A stretch of DNA of 44,413 nucleotides. Origin: a virus (Duplodnaviria > Caudoviricetes). Below, piece by piece: positions 1 to 8,202 of this stretch. Location: positions 1 to 44,413 of the IMG/VR virus record IMGVR_UViG_3300017544_000276. One strand, written 5' to 3'. A program made the position numbers and the translations under genes. The notes under the pieces were generated by a model that was not told where the DNA came from, made no database searches, and worked only from the letters and a program-made list of their open reading frames with translations. Positions within the stretch are counted from its first letter, which is position 1; each line of letters starts with the position of its first letter.

Positions 1-774
1 TCACCGCGCCTCTGCAACCTGTTCATACGCGGCTGCGCGATCTCGGTTCTGCTTCGCCCGGGTGAAGAGCACGACGCCGACCGTCACCACCGCAGCGGCG
101 ATGATCACCAGGCCGATCCAACTGACGTCATTGGTCGCGGTCACACCGCCGCCGGCCACCACGGCGCCCCCGCCTGCCTGCTGCTTCGTCGCGGCGGCAT
201 CGGCGGCTTTCCCCTCATCTTTCAACGTGTCGCGTGCTGCTGGCGTGAGGGCGCCGCCGCTGGCCAGCCACATGGCGACAGCCTTGGCCTCGACGTCGGC
301 GATGCGCCGAGACCAGCCGCGTCCGAACGTCTTCCAGGTAGGAAGGCCCATGACGAAGCCGAGGCGCGCCGAGCACATGCGCTTGATCACCGAGCGCGGG
401 TCCGCCAGGCGAGCAGCTGCGACCGTCGCAGGGCCGGCAATTCCGTCCTGCTTGACGCTGACCGCCGCCTGAAGCGCCTTGACGCCACGAGCGGGGCCGG
501 AATTCACGTTGTAGTCGAAGGTCGCCAGGTCGACGCCGAACGGCAGATCTTCGCACCGACCCTTGTTCCAGTAGCCGACGCGGTAAATCCGCTCGACCTC
601 GGCGCCGGAGATATTCCGCAGATCGGTTTTCGTGGCGCCGGGATGATCTTGGCGGAACCGGCCGATCGTGATCCCCTTCATCGTGGCGCCGCCAGGATCA
701 TCCTTGTGATCCGACCACTCGCCCTCATGCGCGAGCGTCACCTTGAGGCAGGCCGGAAGATTTCCCCTCGCCAT
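1..774 (-). CDS. Endolysin, glycoside hydrolase family 108, with PG-binding region and C-terminal TM helix
   Basis: Motifs HEGEWSDHKDDPGGATMKGIT, NSGP, FGRGWSRR. Start moved to the ATG at 774, which has an AAGGAG RBS. Confidence 0.9.
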   Translation of the reverse strand: MARGNLPACLKVTLAHEGEWSDHKDDPGGATMKGITIGRFRQDHPGATKTDLRNISGAEVERIYRVGYWNKGRCEDLPFGVDLATFDYNVNSGPARGVKALQAAVSVKQDGIAGPATVAAARLADPRSVIKRMCSARLGFVMGLPTWKTFGRGWSRRIADVEAKAVAMWLASGGALTPAARDTLKDEGKAADAAATKQQAGGGAVVAGGGVTATNDVSWIGLVIIAAAVVTVGVVLFTRAKQNRDRAAAYEQVAEAR

Positions 775-843
775 GATCGGGCTCCTTGTTGGAAGACGCC
801 GCAACCATCAGCCGTCAATGGTTGTCGCGTCGAACACCCGACC
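775..843 (-). promoter_or_regulatory. Long imperfect hairpin enclosing the endolysin Shine-Dalgarno
   Basis: Minus-strand pairings GGTCGGG/CCCGATC, TGTT/AACA, GACGC/GCGTC, CAACCATT/GATGGTTG. AGGAG is bulged inside and the ATG directly follows. Confidence 0.6.
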
Positions 844-965
844 GGGGGTTCCTCCTACCAGTCACGCCGAGAGATTGGTGATAAATGGCCCTGATCGTCC
901 GCGGAGAGCGGCGCCTGTCCCCGGAACCGGGTTGCTTCTTGCGCAGGCGTAATCAGGGCAAAACG

Positions 966-1014
966 GAGAATGATCGCCCCGCACCGGAATGAGCCGGTCG
1001 CGGGGCGGCTTCTC
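966..1014 (-). terminator. Strong hairpin right after the primase stop (terminator or stabiliser)
   Basis: CGCCCCGC-ACCGG-aatgag-CCGGT-c-GCGGGGCG. Only a short, offset T run follows on the minus strand. Confidence 0.45.
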
Positions 1015-3400
1015 ACCAAGCTCCATCATCGTCCTCAGTACCCGGAAGCGTTCCCTTCTTCCGGTACACGACCCGATCCTCGCCGTTGGCTCGATCACGC
1101 ACCGTTTTCCATCCGAGCCGCATCATCGTTTTGCCGAGCCGGACCACATGCCGGCGGTCGATATCCTTCTTCGGGATGTCCAGGGCAGCGAGCGCTTCAA
1201 GTTGCGAGATCTCCGTCCGGACGGAGAGTGTTGCCGCCAGCGCCGCCGCCCACACGTCGGGATCGCTGCGGCGTTCCTGCTCGGCCTTCACCGTCTCCTG
1301 CTCGTCGTCCTGCACCCACCACGGCGTGCCGCTATGGAACATCGCCACAGCCTCGGCCCATATCTGATCTCGATCGCGCTCGATCGCATCGATGTCTATT
1401 CGGCCAATGACAGTCGGCCAAAAGCGGCGCGCGCCTGTTGCGTCGTTCAGATATCCGGAGCCCTCAGGATTGATCGTGCCAGCAAGAACGCAGCGACGCG
1501 GCGCCTCGATCAAGGATCGACCATAGGGAGGCCGGAACCGATCGACCTGCTGCGTCAGGAACTTCTTGACCTCATTCGTTTCCGCCTGATTGAACTTGTG
1601 CATCTCGGCAACTTCTAGCCCCCAAATGCCTTGCATCTCCATCTTGGCATCCTTCGTGCCGATGTCGGATAGGCCATCCGTGAAGAATTCATCCCCGTAC
1701 AAGCGGCGGATTGCCGTCGATTTTTGAGCCCCTTGCGGCCCCTCAAGGATCGGCATGGTGTCGACCTTGCACCCTGGCTTAAGTCCGCGCGCCACGCTCG
1801 ATATCAGCCAACGCTCACTGACGATCGGAGCATAGTTATCGCCCGCGCAACCCAGATAGTCGGTCGCAAACCGCGTCACCCTGTGCTCGCCGTCCCAGAC
1901 GAGCCCGTTCAAGTATTCCTTCAGGCGATCGAACCGGTGGCGATGCGCGATCGTCAGGATGACGCCGTTCAGGCCAGAGACCTTCGGCGCCATGTGACGG
2001 GCCTCCAGCCACATCACGGCTTCCATCTCATCCCGATCGGTGACGGCGCGAGGCTCCCACGACGCCCCTTCGTGCTCCCACGGAGGACACCGCATCAGCA
2101 TGACGCGCTGGCGGAACTCGTCATACTGGAACACGCCCTGCATGCGCGGATGGTGCTCCAGCAGCAGTCCCCAATTCTTCGCGGCGTTCGGCTTCCATTT
2201 CCCCGCGTCGGTCAGCACGAACCGGTTTTGCCAGGGCGTGCCCTCATCCTCAATCGGCTCGCCGGTTTCGATGTCGATGACCTCGGCCGGCTTCTCCTGC
2301 TGCGTCTGCCGGGCCTCGGCGCGCGGCTTCATCCGAACAACATTCTCCGGCATAGGCTCCGGATCGACAGCCGCGCCCTCTGGCGGCATCCAGTCGACCT
2401 TTGTCGCCTTCATGAAGGCGTTCAGATCATCGCGTAGCCAGCCGTCGCGCACCGCATCGGCGACATCCCACCCCTCAGGAGATGGCTTGCCTGCGCGCCA
2501 GTCGACGACGGTATAGATCCCACCCCCGACGCCCGGCTTGACGGCGAACAGCCGGACGGTCGCGCCCTGCGCATGAAGTGCCTTGGCGATTGTCTCTGCC
2601 GTCTTGACGCCCGGCTCGTCAGCGTCCGGCCAGATGAACACCTCACGGCCGGCGAGCGGCGACCAATCCGTATGATGGACGCCATGCGTGCCGCCAGGCC
2701 ATGAAACGATGTTCCGCGTGCTGGCCGCAGCGAAGGCGTCACGGCACTTCTCGCCCTCGACCACCACGACTTGCCCATCACGCAGCGCATCGAGACCATA
2801 GAGTGCGCGCGGCCCCGGAAACGGAAAGCGCGACCAGCATTCGGATCCGTCAGTCAGGCGAACCCGCATGACCATCGGCGTCTCTTTACCGCCATCCTTG
2901 AACTCACGCCGCAGCACATAGCCGATCAGCGATCCGTCGGCGCGGCGGTATGGGTGCACGGCCGAGGGCGTGAATTTCCCCCATTCCCAATCGTGGCCGG
3001 CCCGCTTCGGATTGTAGAGCCGCACCACCTCGCCCACGCGGATCTCATCCGGCGGCTCAATGGGCGTGATCCCGGCATAGACGTTCCGCTGCTCTGTGCG
3101 GACTGGTGCCACATTCGGCCCGGCACTGGCCCCGCCCAGGATCTTGATCGCCTCGCGCTTGCCGACGCCCTTGATGCCCTGGATGAAGTCGATGACGTCG
3201 CCGGCCGCGTCGCACCCAAAGCACTGGAAGCGCTGGATACCGTCGCGGCCGGTGAAGATCGTGAAGGAGGGTGTATGCTCAGCGTGAAACGGGCAGCAGG
3301 CGACGAACTCGTTGCCGTCATGCTGGAGCGACACGCCATGGCGACGGGCTTCGTCCGACAAAAGCACATCCCGCCGAAGGCGATCGATCTCGGACGACAT
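1013..3400 (-). CDS. Primase-helicase (CHC2 zinc finger + TOPRIM + VirE/VapE-type P-loop NTPase)
   Basis: CCPFHAEHTPSF...FQCFGC, VVVEGEKC, IWPDAD, Walker A GPQGAQKST, DRFRPPYG, DATGARRF. Confidence 0.92.
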   Translation of the reverse strand: MSSEIDRLRRDVLLSDEARRHGVSLQHDGNEFVACCPFHAEHTPSFTIFTGRDGIQRFQCFGCDAAGDVIDFIQGIKGVGKREAIKILGGASAGPNVAPVRTEQRNVYAGITPIEPPDEIRVGEVVRLYNPKRAGHDWEWGKFTPSAVHPYRRADGSLIGYVLRREFKDGGKETPMVMRVRLTDGSECWSRFPFPGPRALYGLDALRDGQVVVVEGEKCRDAFAAASTRNIVSWPGGTHGVHHTDWSPLAGREVFIWPDADEPGVKTAETIAKALHAQGATVRLFAVKPGVGGGIYTVVDWRAGKPSPEGWDVADAVRDGWLRDDLNAFMKATKVDWMPPEGAAVDPEPMPENVVRMKPRAEARQTQQEKPAEVIDIETGEPIEDEGTPWQNRFVLTDAGKWKPNAAKNWGLLLEHHPRMQGVFQYDEFRQRVMLMRCPPWEHEGASWEPRAVTDRDEMEAVMWLEARHMAPKVSGLNGVILTIAHRHRFDRLKEYLNGLVWDGEHRVTRFATDYLGCAGDNYAPIVSERWLISSVARGLKPGCKVDTMPILEGPQGAQKSTAIRRLYGDEFFTDGLSDIGTKDAKMEMQGIWGLEVAEMHKFNQAETNEVKKFLTQQVDRFRPPYGRSLIEAPRRCVLAGTINPEGSGYLNDATGARRFWPTVIGRIDIDAIERDRDQIWAEAVAMFHSGTPWWVQDDEQETVKAEQERRSDPDVWAAALAATLSVRTEISQLEALAALDIPKKDIDRRHVVRLGKTMMRLGWKTVRDRANGEDRVVYRKKGTLPGTEDDDGAW

Positions 3401-3429
3401 GAAGCCTCATTCCAAATCAGTGTTGCAAG

Positions 3430-3448
3430 TGTTGCGATAATCACAACA
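3430..3448. promoter_or_regulatory. 19-bp palindromic operator upstream of primase
   Basis: TGTTGCGATAATCACAACA, identical to 40264-40282. Confidence 0.75.
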
Positions 3449-3484
3449 CAGCACATGGCCGATTGCAAGGTTGGCAGTGAACTA

Positions 3485-3883
3485 TCAGCCGATCCTGAGG
3501 ATCGCCCGTAGGTCATCCTCAGAGCGAGCGATGCCCGCAAGGCCGCCCGCCTTATTCACCGCATTGATCCAGGCGATCTGCTGATCAGTCGGGCTCGCGT
3601 TCTGCTTGACCTCGACTTGGGAATAGACGGCGACGGTTGTCCCGATCATCTCGGACGTCACGACGAGCGGGGACCATCCACCAAGGTCAGACCATCCCTC
3701 GAACCCGGCATGGAAGGGCCTCGCGTTTCGTAGCACGATGTCGCCGGGGCCGAGCCGCACATTCCGCGGACCGCGCTCAACCTTGCTCCCCACCCATGCC
3801 ATGCCGGTATTCTGACGAAATAGCCTCGCGCCCAAGGTGGACGCGAGTTTCTGGAGCCGGCGCATCAGTTCGATTTCAGACAC
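3485..3883 (-). CDS. VRR-NUC domain nuclease (likely Holliday junction resolvase)
   Basis: LFRQNTG, GWSDLGG, QVEVK, PTDQQIAWI, GGLAGIARS. GTG start at 3883 is inferred. Confidence 0.8.
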   Translation of the reverse strand: MSEIELMRRLQKLASTLGARLFRQNTGMAWVGSKVERGPRNVRLGPGDIVLRNARPFHAGFEGWSDLGGWSPLVVTSEMIGTTVAVYSQVEVKQNASPTDQQIAWINAVNKAGGLAGIARSEDDLRAILRIG

Positions 3884-3890
3884 GGCAGGC

Positions 3891-4331
3891 CTAGAACGGA
3901 ATGTCGTCGTCGAGATCGGACGAGGAGCGGTTCCCCGGCCTGTCCGCATTGCCATTCGGGTCCGTCTGCGAGCCGCCGCCGGTGCCATCGAGCATCAGCA
4001 GCTTACAGTCGAACCCGGTGAGAACCACCTCGGTCGAATAGCGTTCGTTGCCGTCCTGATCCTGCCACTTCCGGGTCTGCAACTCGCCTTCGATGTAGAC
4101 CTTGCTACCCTTCTTCAGGTAGCGCTCGGCCACGCTCGCCAGACCTTCGTTCCAGATCGTGATGCGGTGCCACTCGGTGCGCTCCTTGCGCTCGCCGCTC
4201 TGCTTATCCTTCCAGGTTTCCGACGTCGCGATCGAGAGGTTCGCGACCTTGGCACCGCTGTTGAGCGCGCGGATCTCCGGGTCGCGGCCGAGATTGCCGA
4301 TCAGTATGACCTTGTTGAGGGAGCCGGCCAT
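3891..4331 (-). CDS. ssb: Single-stranded DNA-binding protein
   Basis: [19 protein letters not shown]...TEWHR...[10 protein letters not shown], with the DDDIPF tail. Confidence 0.97.
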   Translation of the reverse strand: MAGSLNKVILIGNLGRDPEIRALNSGAKVANLSIATSETWKDKQSGERKERTEWHRITIWNEGLASVAERYLKKGSKVYIEGELQTRKWQDQDGNERYSTEVVLTGFDCKLLMLDGTGGGSQTDPNGNADRPGNRSSSDLDDDIPF

Positions 4332-4666
4332 TATTCGTCGCCCCCATCGGCTTCCGGCTCGTCGTTGAGCGCGGAATAGTCATCATCGGTCGCGGGATCG
4401 AACCACGTCGCATCCTTGTCGCGAGGGATGACCATGTTCGGGCCTCGATAGCCGCGCTCGTCGCGAAGATAGAACATGGCGCTCTCCGAGCGGGTCATGA
4501 GCCGGAACCCCTCGGGGAGCTGGTCGATCACCTTCTCGAGGATCGTTGGCAAATCATCGTCGGTAGGGAGGCGCCCGACGCCCAATTTGAAGCAGGCCTT
4601 GCCCTCAGCCTCGCCATTGGTGATGTGGACATTCACGTCCACCTGCACCGGATACAGCTTCCGCAT
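4331..4666 (-). CDS. Hypothetical phage protein
   Basis: MRKLYPVQV start with GGAGA RBS; stop is coupled to the ssb start. Confidence 0.65.
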   Translation of the reverse strand: MRKLYPVQVDVNVHITNGEAEGKACFKLGVGRLPTDDDLPTILEKVIDQLPEGFRLMTRSESAMFYLRDERGYRGPNMVIPRDKDATWFDPATDDDYSALNDEPEADGGDE

Positions 4667-4667
4667 T

Positions 4668-5003
4668 TCAGTTCTCTCCGATGACAAGCCGGTATCCCCG
4701 GCGATAGCCGGCGTTCTCGATCGAGATGCCGGAACCTTCGATGCGGCGCCGGAGCCGGTGCAGCGCGCCCTTGAGCGCGGCATACATGCTCGTCAGCGAC
4801 GGCCCGCCATCGGGGTCGTCGGCATACATGGCGTCGAATATCCGTTCGGTCTGGACGGGGTGCCCCTTGCCGCGCCACACGGCGCGCAGGATCCGCGCTT
4901 CAAGCGCCGAGACGTTGTAGTGATCGATGATCATCTCGATCGTCGGGATGCCCACGGCCTGCCGGCAGCAAGGACATTCGACCGGTTTCAGCATCATGCT
5001 CAT
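4668..5003 (-). CDS. Winged-helix (OmpR/PhoB C-terminal-like) DNA-binding protein with N-terminal CPCC
   Basis: SALEARIL...LKGALHRLRRRI...IENAGYRRGYRL; ATGA overlap with the helicase stop. Confidence 0.7.
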   Translation of the reverse strand: MSMMLKPVECPCCRQAVGIPTIEMIIDHYNVSALEARILRAVWRGKGHPVQTERIFDAMYADDPDGGPSLTSMYAALKGALHRLRRRIEGSGISIENAGYRRGYRLVIGEN

Positions 5004-6406
5004 GCCCTCATCTCGTTCTTCGCCTGACGAGTGGTCCACACATGCGCGGCCCATTTCTGCGGGGACTTGTAGCCACGAGCGGTCGCCAAGCTGATCAGGT
5101 CATCGAGCGACTGCGCCGTTCCCTGCTCGCGCTTGCGCGCCCGGCGAACCGCGTCGAGATCGATCTCTTCAAGGTCGCCCTCGACCTCCGCGACGCCCCG
5201 GCCGGCCGCATCAACGGACCGCTCTGCCTTTTCGTAGACGTGGCCGCACTCCGGGCATGCCTTGCTGATGTCGTGGGAGGCGAAGCACACTGGGCAGTTC
5301 ATCACCGCCTCGCCGTCGCTCGACTTCTTGCGGCCCTCCAGGGACCATTCGCGTTCCTCATCCGGCAGGCCGAGGCGACCGAAACCACCGACGAGATCCA
5401 GCAGAACGGCGGGCTCCGGTTTCTTCCTCAGGCCGCGACCATGCTTCTGCAGATGGCGCGCCAGCGATTGCGTCGGCGAATAGTCGAGCACGGCCTCGAT
5501 CGTGACGTCGCGATCAACCTGGGCGGCCAGGTCGAACCCCTCGCAGAAGAGCTGGCAGTTCACGATGATATCGATCTGCCGGTCGGCAAAGCCGATGAAC
5601 GCGGCGCGGCGATCCGCCTGATCTGTATTGGCGTCGAGCGCGACCGCCATGATCCCGCTGGCGCGGAACTCGGCCGCGAGCTGCTCAGAGCGCATCACGG
5701 ACGGGGCGAAGGCGATCGTGCGGAGCCCCGCCGCATAGGTGCGCCAGTGCTTGACTGCGCCCGCGAGAACCGCGCGGCCAGCCATCAGCTCGTCAATCTC
5801 GGAGGCGACGAACTCGTTGTTCCGGGTATGGACGCCCGTCAGATCGACACCCTTAGGCGAGAACGCCCGATAGCGCGAAAGATGGCCCTGCTCGATCAGC
5901 CAGCGGACAGATGGCCCCATGACCATCGTATCCCAGACGTCACCGAGCGGCTTGCCGTCCAGGCGCTCAGGCGAGCCCGTCAGACCGATCAGCTTGGCGC
6001 CGGCCTGCTTGTAGTGCAGCGCGACCGCTGCCCAGCCGCTCGCCGCGCTCAGGTGCGCCTCGTCGACGAGCACATAGTGCGCCGGGATTTTGCCGAGACG
6101 ATTGCGCAGCGTCGCGATCGAGGCGATGAACACCCGGTGATAGGGATTGTAGTGGTGGCCGGCAGCGATCAGGCCGAACGGTATGCCGAACCGCTCGAAT
6201 GTCTTGGCCGTCTGGGTGATGAGATCAACGCGGTGGACGCAGAAGATCACGCGTTTTCCTGCATCGGAAATCAGCTTGATCAGGGCCGCCGCGAGAACGG
6301 TCTTGCCAAACCCGGTCGGCGCGAAGACCAGAACCGACGACGACGAGCGAAGCGCCACGCGCAGCTTGGTCCGGACCTGTTCTTGATCCTCACGGAGCGT
6401 GATCAT
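5000..6406 (-). CDS. Superfamily II (DEAH) helicase with C-terminal zinc finger
   Basis: APTGFGKT, DEAH, GLTGSPER, EGFD, QKHGRGLR, CPVC..CPECG. Confidence 0.93.
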   Translation of the reverse strand: MITLREDQEQVRTKLRVALRSSSSVLVFAPTGFGKTVLAAALIKLISDAGKRVIFCVHRVDLITQTAKTFERFGIPFGLIAAGHHYNPYHRVFIASIATLRNRLGKIPAHYVLVDEAHLSAASGWAAVALHYKQAGAKLIGLTGSPERLDGKPLGDVWDTMVMGPSVRWLIEQGHLSRYRAFSPKGVDLTGVHTRNNEFVASEIDELMAGRAVLAGAVKHWRTYAAGLRTIAFAPSVMRSEQLAAEFRASGIMAVALDANTDQADRRAAFIGFADRQIDIIVNCQLFCEGFDLAAQVDRDVTIEAVLDYSPTQSLARHLQKHGRGLRKKPEPAVLLDLVGGFGRLGLPDEEREWSLEGRKKSSDGEAVMNCPVCFASHDISKACPECGHVYEKAERSVDAAGRGVAEVEGDLEEIDLDAVRRARKREQGTAQSLDDLISLATARGYKSPQKWAAHVWTTRQAKNEMRA

Positions 6407-6627
6407 CGGCGCAGCACCAAGCTGCGGATCTCGCGCTCGTGGGGCGCGATGCGATAGAGCCGGTCCGCAAGGGCCTGAAGCTCTTCAACGTCGGACCGCT
6501 TCAGGAGGAGATGCGTCTCGCCGGCAATGTCGCCATCGGACATCGAGCAGCGCGCAATCAGCATGGTCAGATAGTTGGCTTGATCCTCGAGCGTGCGAGC
6601 CGAGACGACTGGAGGGCGGCTAGACAT
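6403..6627 (-). CDS. Hypothetical protein
   Basis: 74 aa, overlapping both neighbours in the operon. Confidence 0.65.
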   Translation of the reverse strand: MSSRPPVVSARTLEDQANYLTMLIARCSMSDGDIAGETHLLLKRSDVEELQALADRLYRIAPHEREIRSLVLRR

Positions 6628-6847
6628 TGGGGATCACGTCCTCGGACGTGAGGTCGATATCCAGCTCGCGCGCGGCCTCGAATAGGCGCTGCTGGTCCCT
6701 GCCGCTTATCAGGCCCTTCTCGTCGCGGAGCGCGCGACAGACCTTGGACCTGTGGCGCTTGATGGCGCGCGCGAATTGCGATTGCGACATGCCGAACTTC
6801 GCATAGACGCGCCGCCAGGGCGTTATGACGGAACCGACGTGTGACAA
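6620..6847 (-). CDS. Cro-like HTH regulator
   Basis: MSQSQFARAIKRHRSKVCR HTH; first gene of the operon, divergent from the repressor. Start is uncertain (TTG at 6847 with a GGAG upstream, or 6868). Confidence 0.7.
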   Translation of the reverse strand: MSHVGSVITPWRRVYAKFGMSQSQFARAIKRHRSKVCRALRDEKGLISGRDQQRLFEAARELDIDLTSEDVIPNV

Positions 6848-6860
6848 GTGTTGCTGTCTC

Positions 6861-6905
6861 CGATGCAATTATCGCAACAATATGTTGCGTAAATCGCATC
6901 GTCAA
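6861..6905 (-). promoter_or_regulatory. Sigma70-type promoter for the cro/replication operon, overlapped by two operators
   Basis: TTGACG (6905-6900)-N17-TATTGT (6882-6877); operators at 6861-6879 and 6883-6901. Confidence 0.75.
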
Positions 6906-6993
6906 CAGAGCCAGACTTATATTCAGTCTGGTGAATGCATCAGATTTTGGCGCTCTCCCTCTTGATTTCGGGCTCACTTTCCCGCTTGTGGCT

Positions 6994-7012
6994 CGTTGCG
7001 AAAAGTGCAACA
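6994..7012. promoter_or_regulatory. Operator copy upstream of the repressor
   Basis: CGTTGCGAAAAGTGCAACA, 30 bp before the repressor ATG. Confidence 0.6.
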
Positions 7013-7042
7013 AGTTCAGGCATTCAGTGGGGGCGGCCCAAT

Positions 7043-7672
7043 ATGCAGAAGCATCCGATCAACAAGGAATGGTTCTTCAAGACGCTGAAAGCGAACAAGA
7101 AGTCGCTTCGGAGCCTTGCCAGACATCTCGACGTTGATCCGTCCGCCGTCTCCCGCACGCTTTCGGGCGAGCGACAAATGAAGGCAGACGAAGCCAATTC
7201 GATTGCCCGGTTTCTCTCGGTTCCACTGTCTGAGGTATTGAAGCAGGCCGGCGTTGAAGCCACCGCGGCAGACGCAGCGCTTTCCCGGATCATGCTGTCG
7301 GCCACGATAAACGATGCGGGCCACCTCGAACGGCTTGGTGAAGACCGTCAATTGCCTCAGTCCGTCATCGATCGCGCCCAAGCGGCGATCAATGGCTTCG
7401 AGACGGGAAATATCATGGCGGCACAGATCCGCGCGTCGAGCGGGCCGCTGGCGATGTTCGATGACGCGCTCGTGCTCTTCAAGGCCGCCAAGAATGTCGA
7501 GAACGCCGCGATCGGCAGCGTGGCGGTTTGCCGTACCAGCAACGGCGATCAGATCATGGCGAAGGTCGAGCGCGCCCGAAAGACCGGAGAGGCGCGAATC
7601 ATCGACATCACCGGCAGCGAGGTTGAGGTCGACCTTCGCAGCGCAGCGCCGGTTCTCGCCATTCTCCCATAG
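7043..7672 (+). CDS. CI-like repressor (XRE HTH + S24-like C-terminal domain)
   Basis: SLRSLARHLDVDPSAVSRTLSGER HTH; divergent from cro. Start placed at MQKHP. Confidence 0.82.
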   Translation: MQKHPINKEWFFKTLKANKKSLRSLARHLDVDPSAVSRTLSGERQMKADEANSIARFLSVPLSEVLKQAGVEATAADAALSRIMLSATINDAGHLERLGEDRQLPQSVIDRAQAAINGFETGNIMAAQIRASSGPLAMFDDALVLFKAAKNVENAAIGSVAVCRTSNGDQIMAKVERARKTGEARIIDITGSEVEVDLRSAAPVLAILP

Positions 7673-7701
7673 AAAAAGCCCGGCGAAATGGCGCCGGGCT
7701 T
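7673..7701 (-). terminator. Rho-independent terminator between convergent genes
   Basis: AAGCCCGGCG-aaatgg-CGCCGGGCTT, with a T-tract on the minus strand. Confidence 0.75.
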
Positions 7702-7721
7702 CATCATTCACGCCAACGTGA

Positions 7722-7976
7722 TCAGCCGTAACTTCGCCCAGGATCGAAGCGGCCGGCGCTGTAGTTGGCATGATCGAGAGCGCGCTCGACGAACGAGCGT
7801 ACCCGGCTGGTCAGCGCGGACGCCCGGCGACCGATGCCGCCGACCGCGAAAAGCAGCGTCAGACTGGCGGCGCGGCCAGCGTCGGCGACCGACATCACGA
7901 CGAAACGGGCGATGGTGACGACGAAAGCCGCGAGGCTCGGGATCAGGCCGAAAATCCAACTACGCATTCGCATCAT
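7722..7976 (-). CDS. Small hydrophobic protein downstream of the tRNA
   Basis: MMRMRSWIFGLIPSLAAFVVTIA..., GAAAGG RBS, followed by the terminator. Confidence 0.5.
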   Translation of the reverse strand: MMRMRSWIFGLIPSLAAFVVTIARFVVMSVADAGRAASLTLLFAVGGIGRRASALTSRVRSFVERALDHANYSAGRFDPGRSYG

Positions 7977-8002
7977 CTGGAAGCCTTTCGAGACGGTGAA
8001 AC

Positions 8003-8078
8003 TGGTTGCAGCGGGCGGATTTGAACCGCCGATCTCCTGGGTATGAACCAGGCGGGATAACCTCTTCCCCACACTGCT
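8003..8078 (-). tRNA. tRNA-Met (CAT), initiator-like, with encoded CCA
   Basis: 76-nt cloverleaf: acceptor GCAGTG/CGCTGC with A1:A72 mismatch, D stem GGGA/TCCC, anticodon arm CCTGG-TTCATAC-CCAGG, T arm GGCGG-TTCAAAT-CCGCC, 3' ACCA. Confidence 0.92.
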
Positions 8079-8084
8079 ATTGTG

Positions 8085-8113
8085 AAAATCACACCGCCAT
8101 CATTCCGCGTCAA
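8085..8113 (-). promoter_or_regulatory. Putative promoter for the tRNA
   Basis: TTGACG-N17-GATTTT, ending 6 nt before tRNA nucleotide 1. Confidence 0.5.
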
Positions 8114-8142
8114 CATTTTTCCTGGAATTCTGAAATTCAGCC

Positions 8143-8188
8143 TTGACCGATGCAATTTGTTGCGCCTAGTGTTGCGATATCAACAACA
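8143..8188 (+). promoter_or_regulatory. Promoter plus operator for the recombination operon
   Basis: TTGACC-N18-TAGTGT, overlapping operator TGTTGCGATATCAACAACA (8170-8188). Confidence 0.65.
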
Positions 8189-8202
8189 CCGGAGCAACAC
8201 AC

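Noticed and set aside
862-1098. 78-aa minus-strand ORF and other short ORFs between endolysin and primase
   Set aside because: They overlap the primase or lie in hairpin-rich DNA, with no credible RBS-start pair or protein-like composition.
8003-8078. The tRNA as an attL/attR remnant marking a prophage edge
   Set aside because: It is complete and internal, with phage genes on both sides, and no duplicate of its 3' end was seen in the window.
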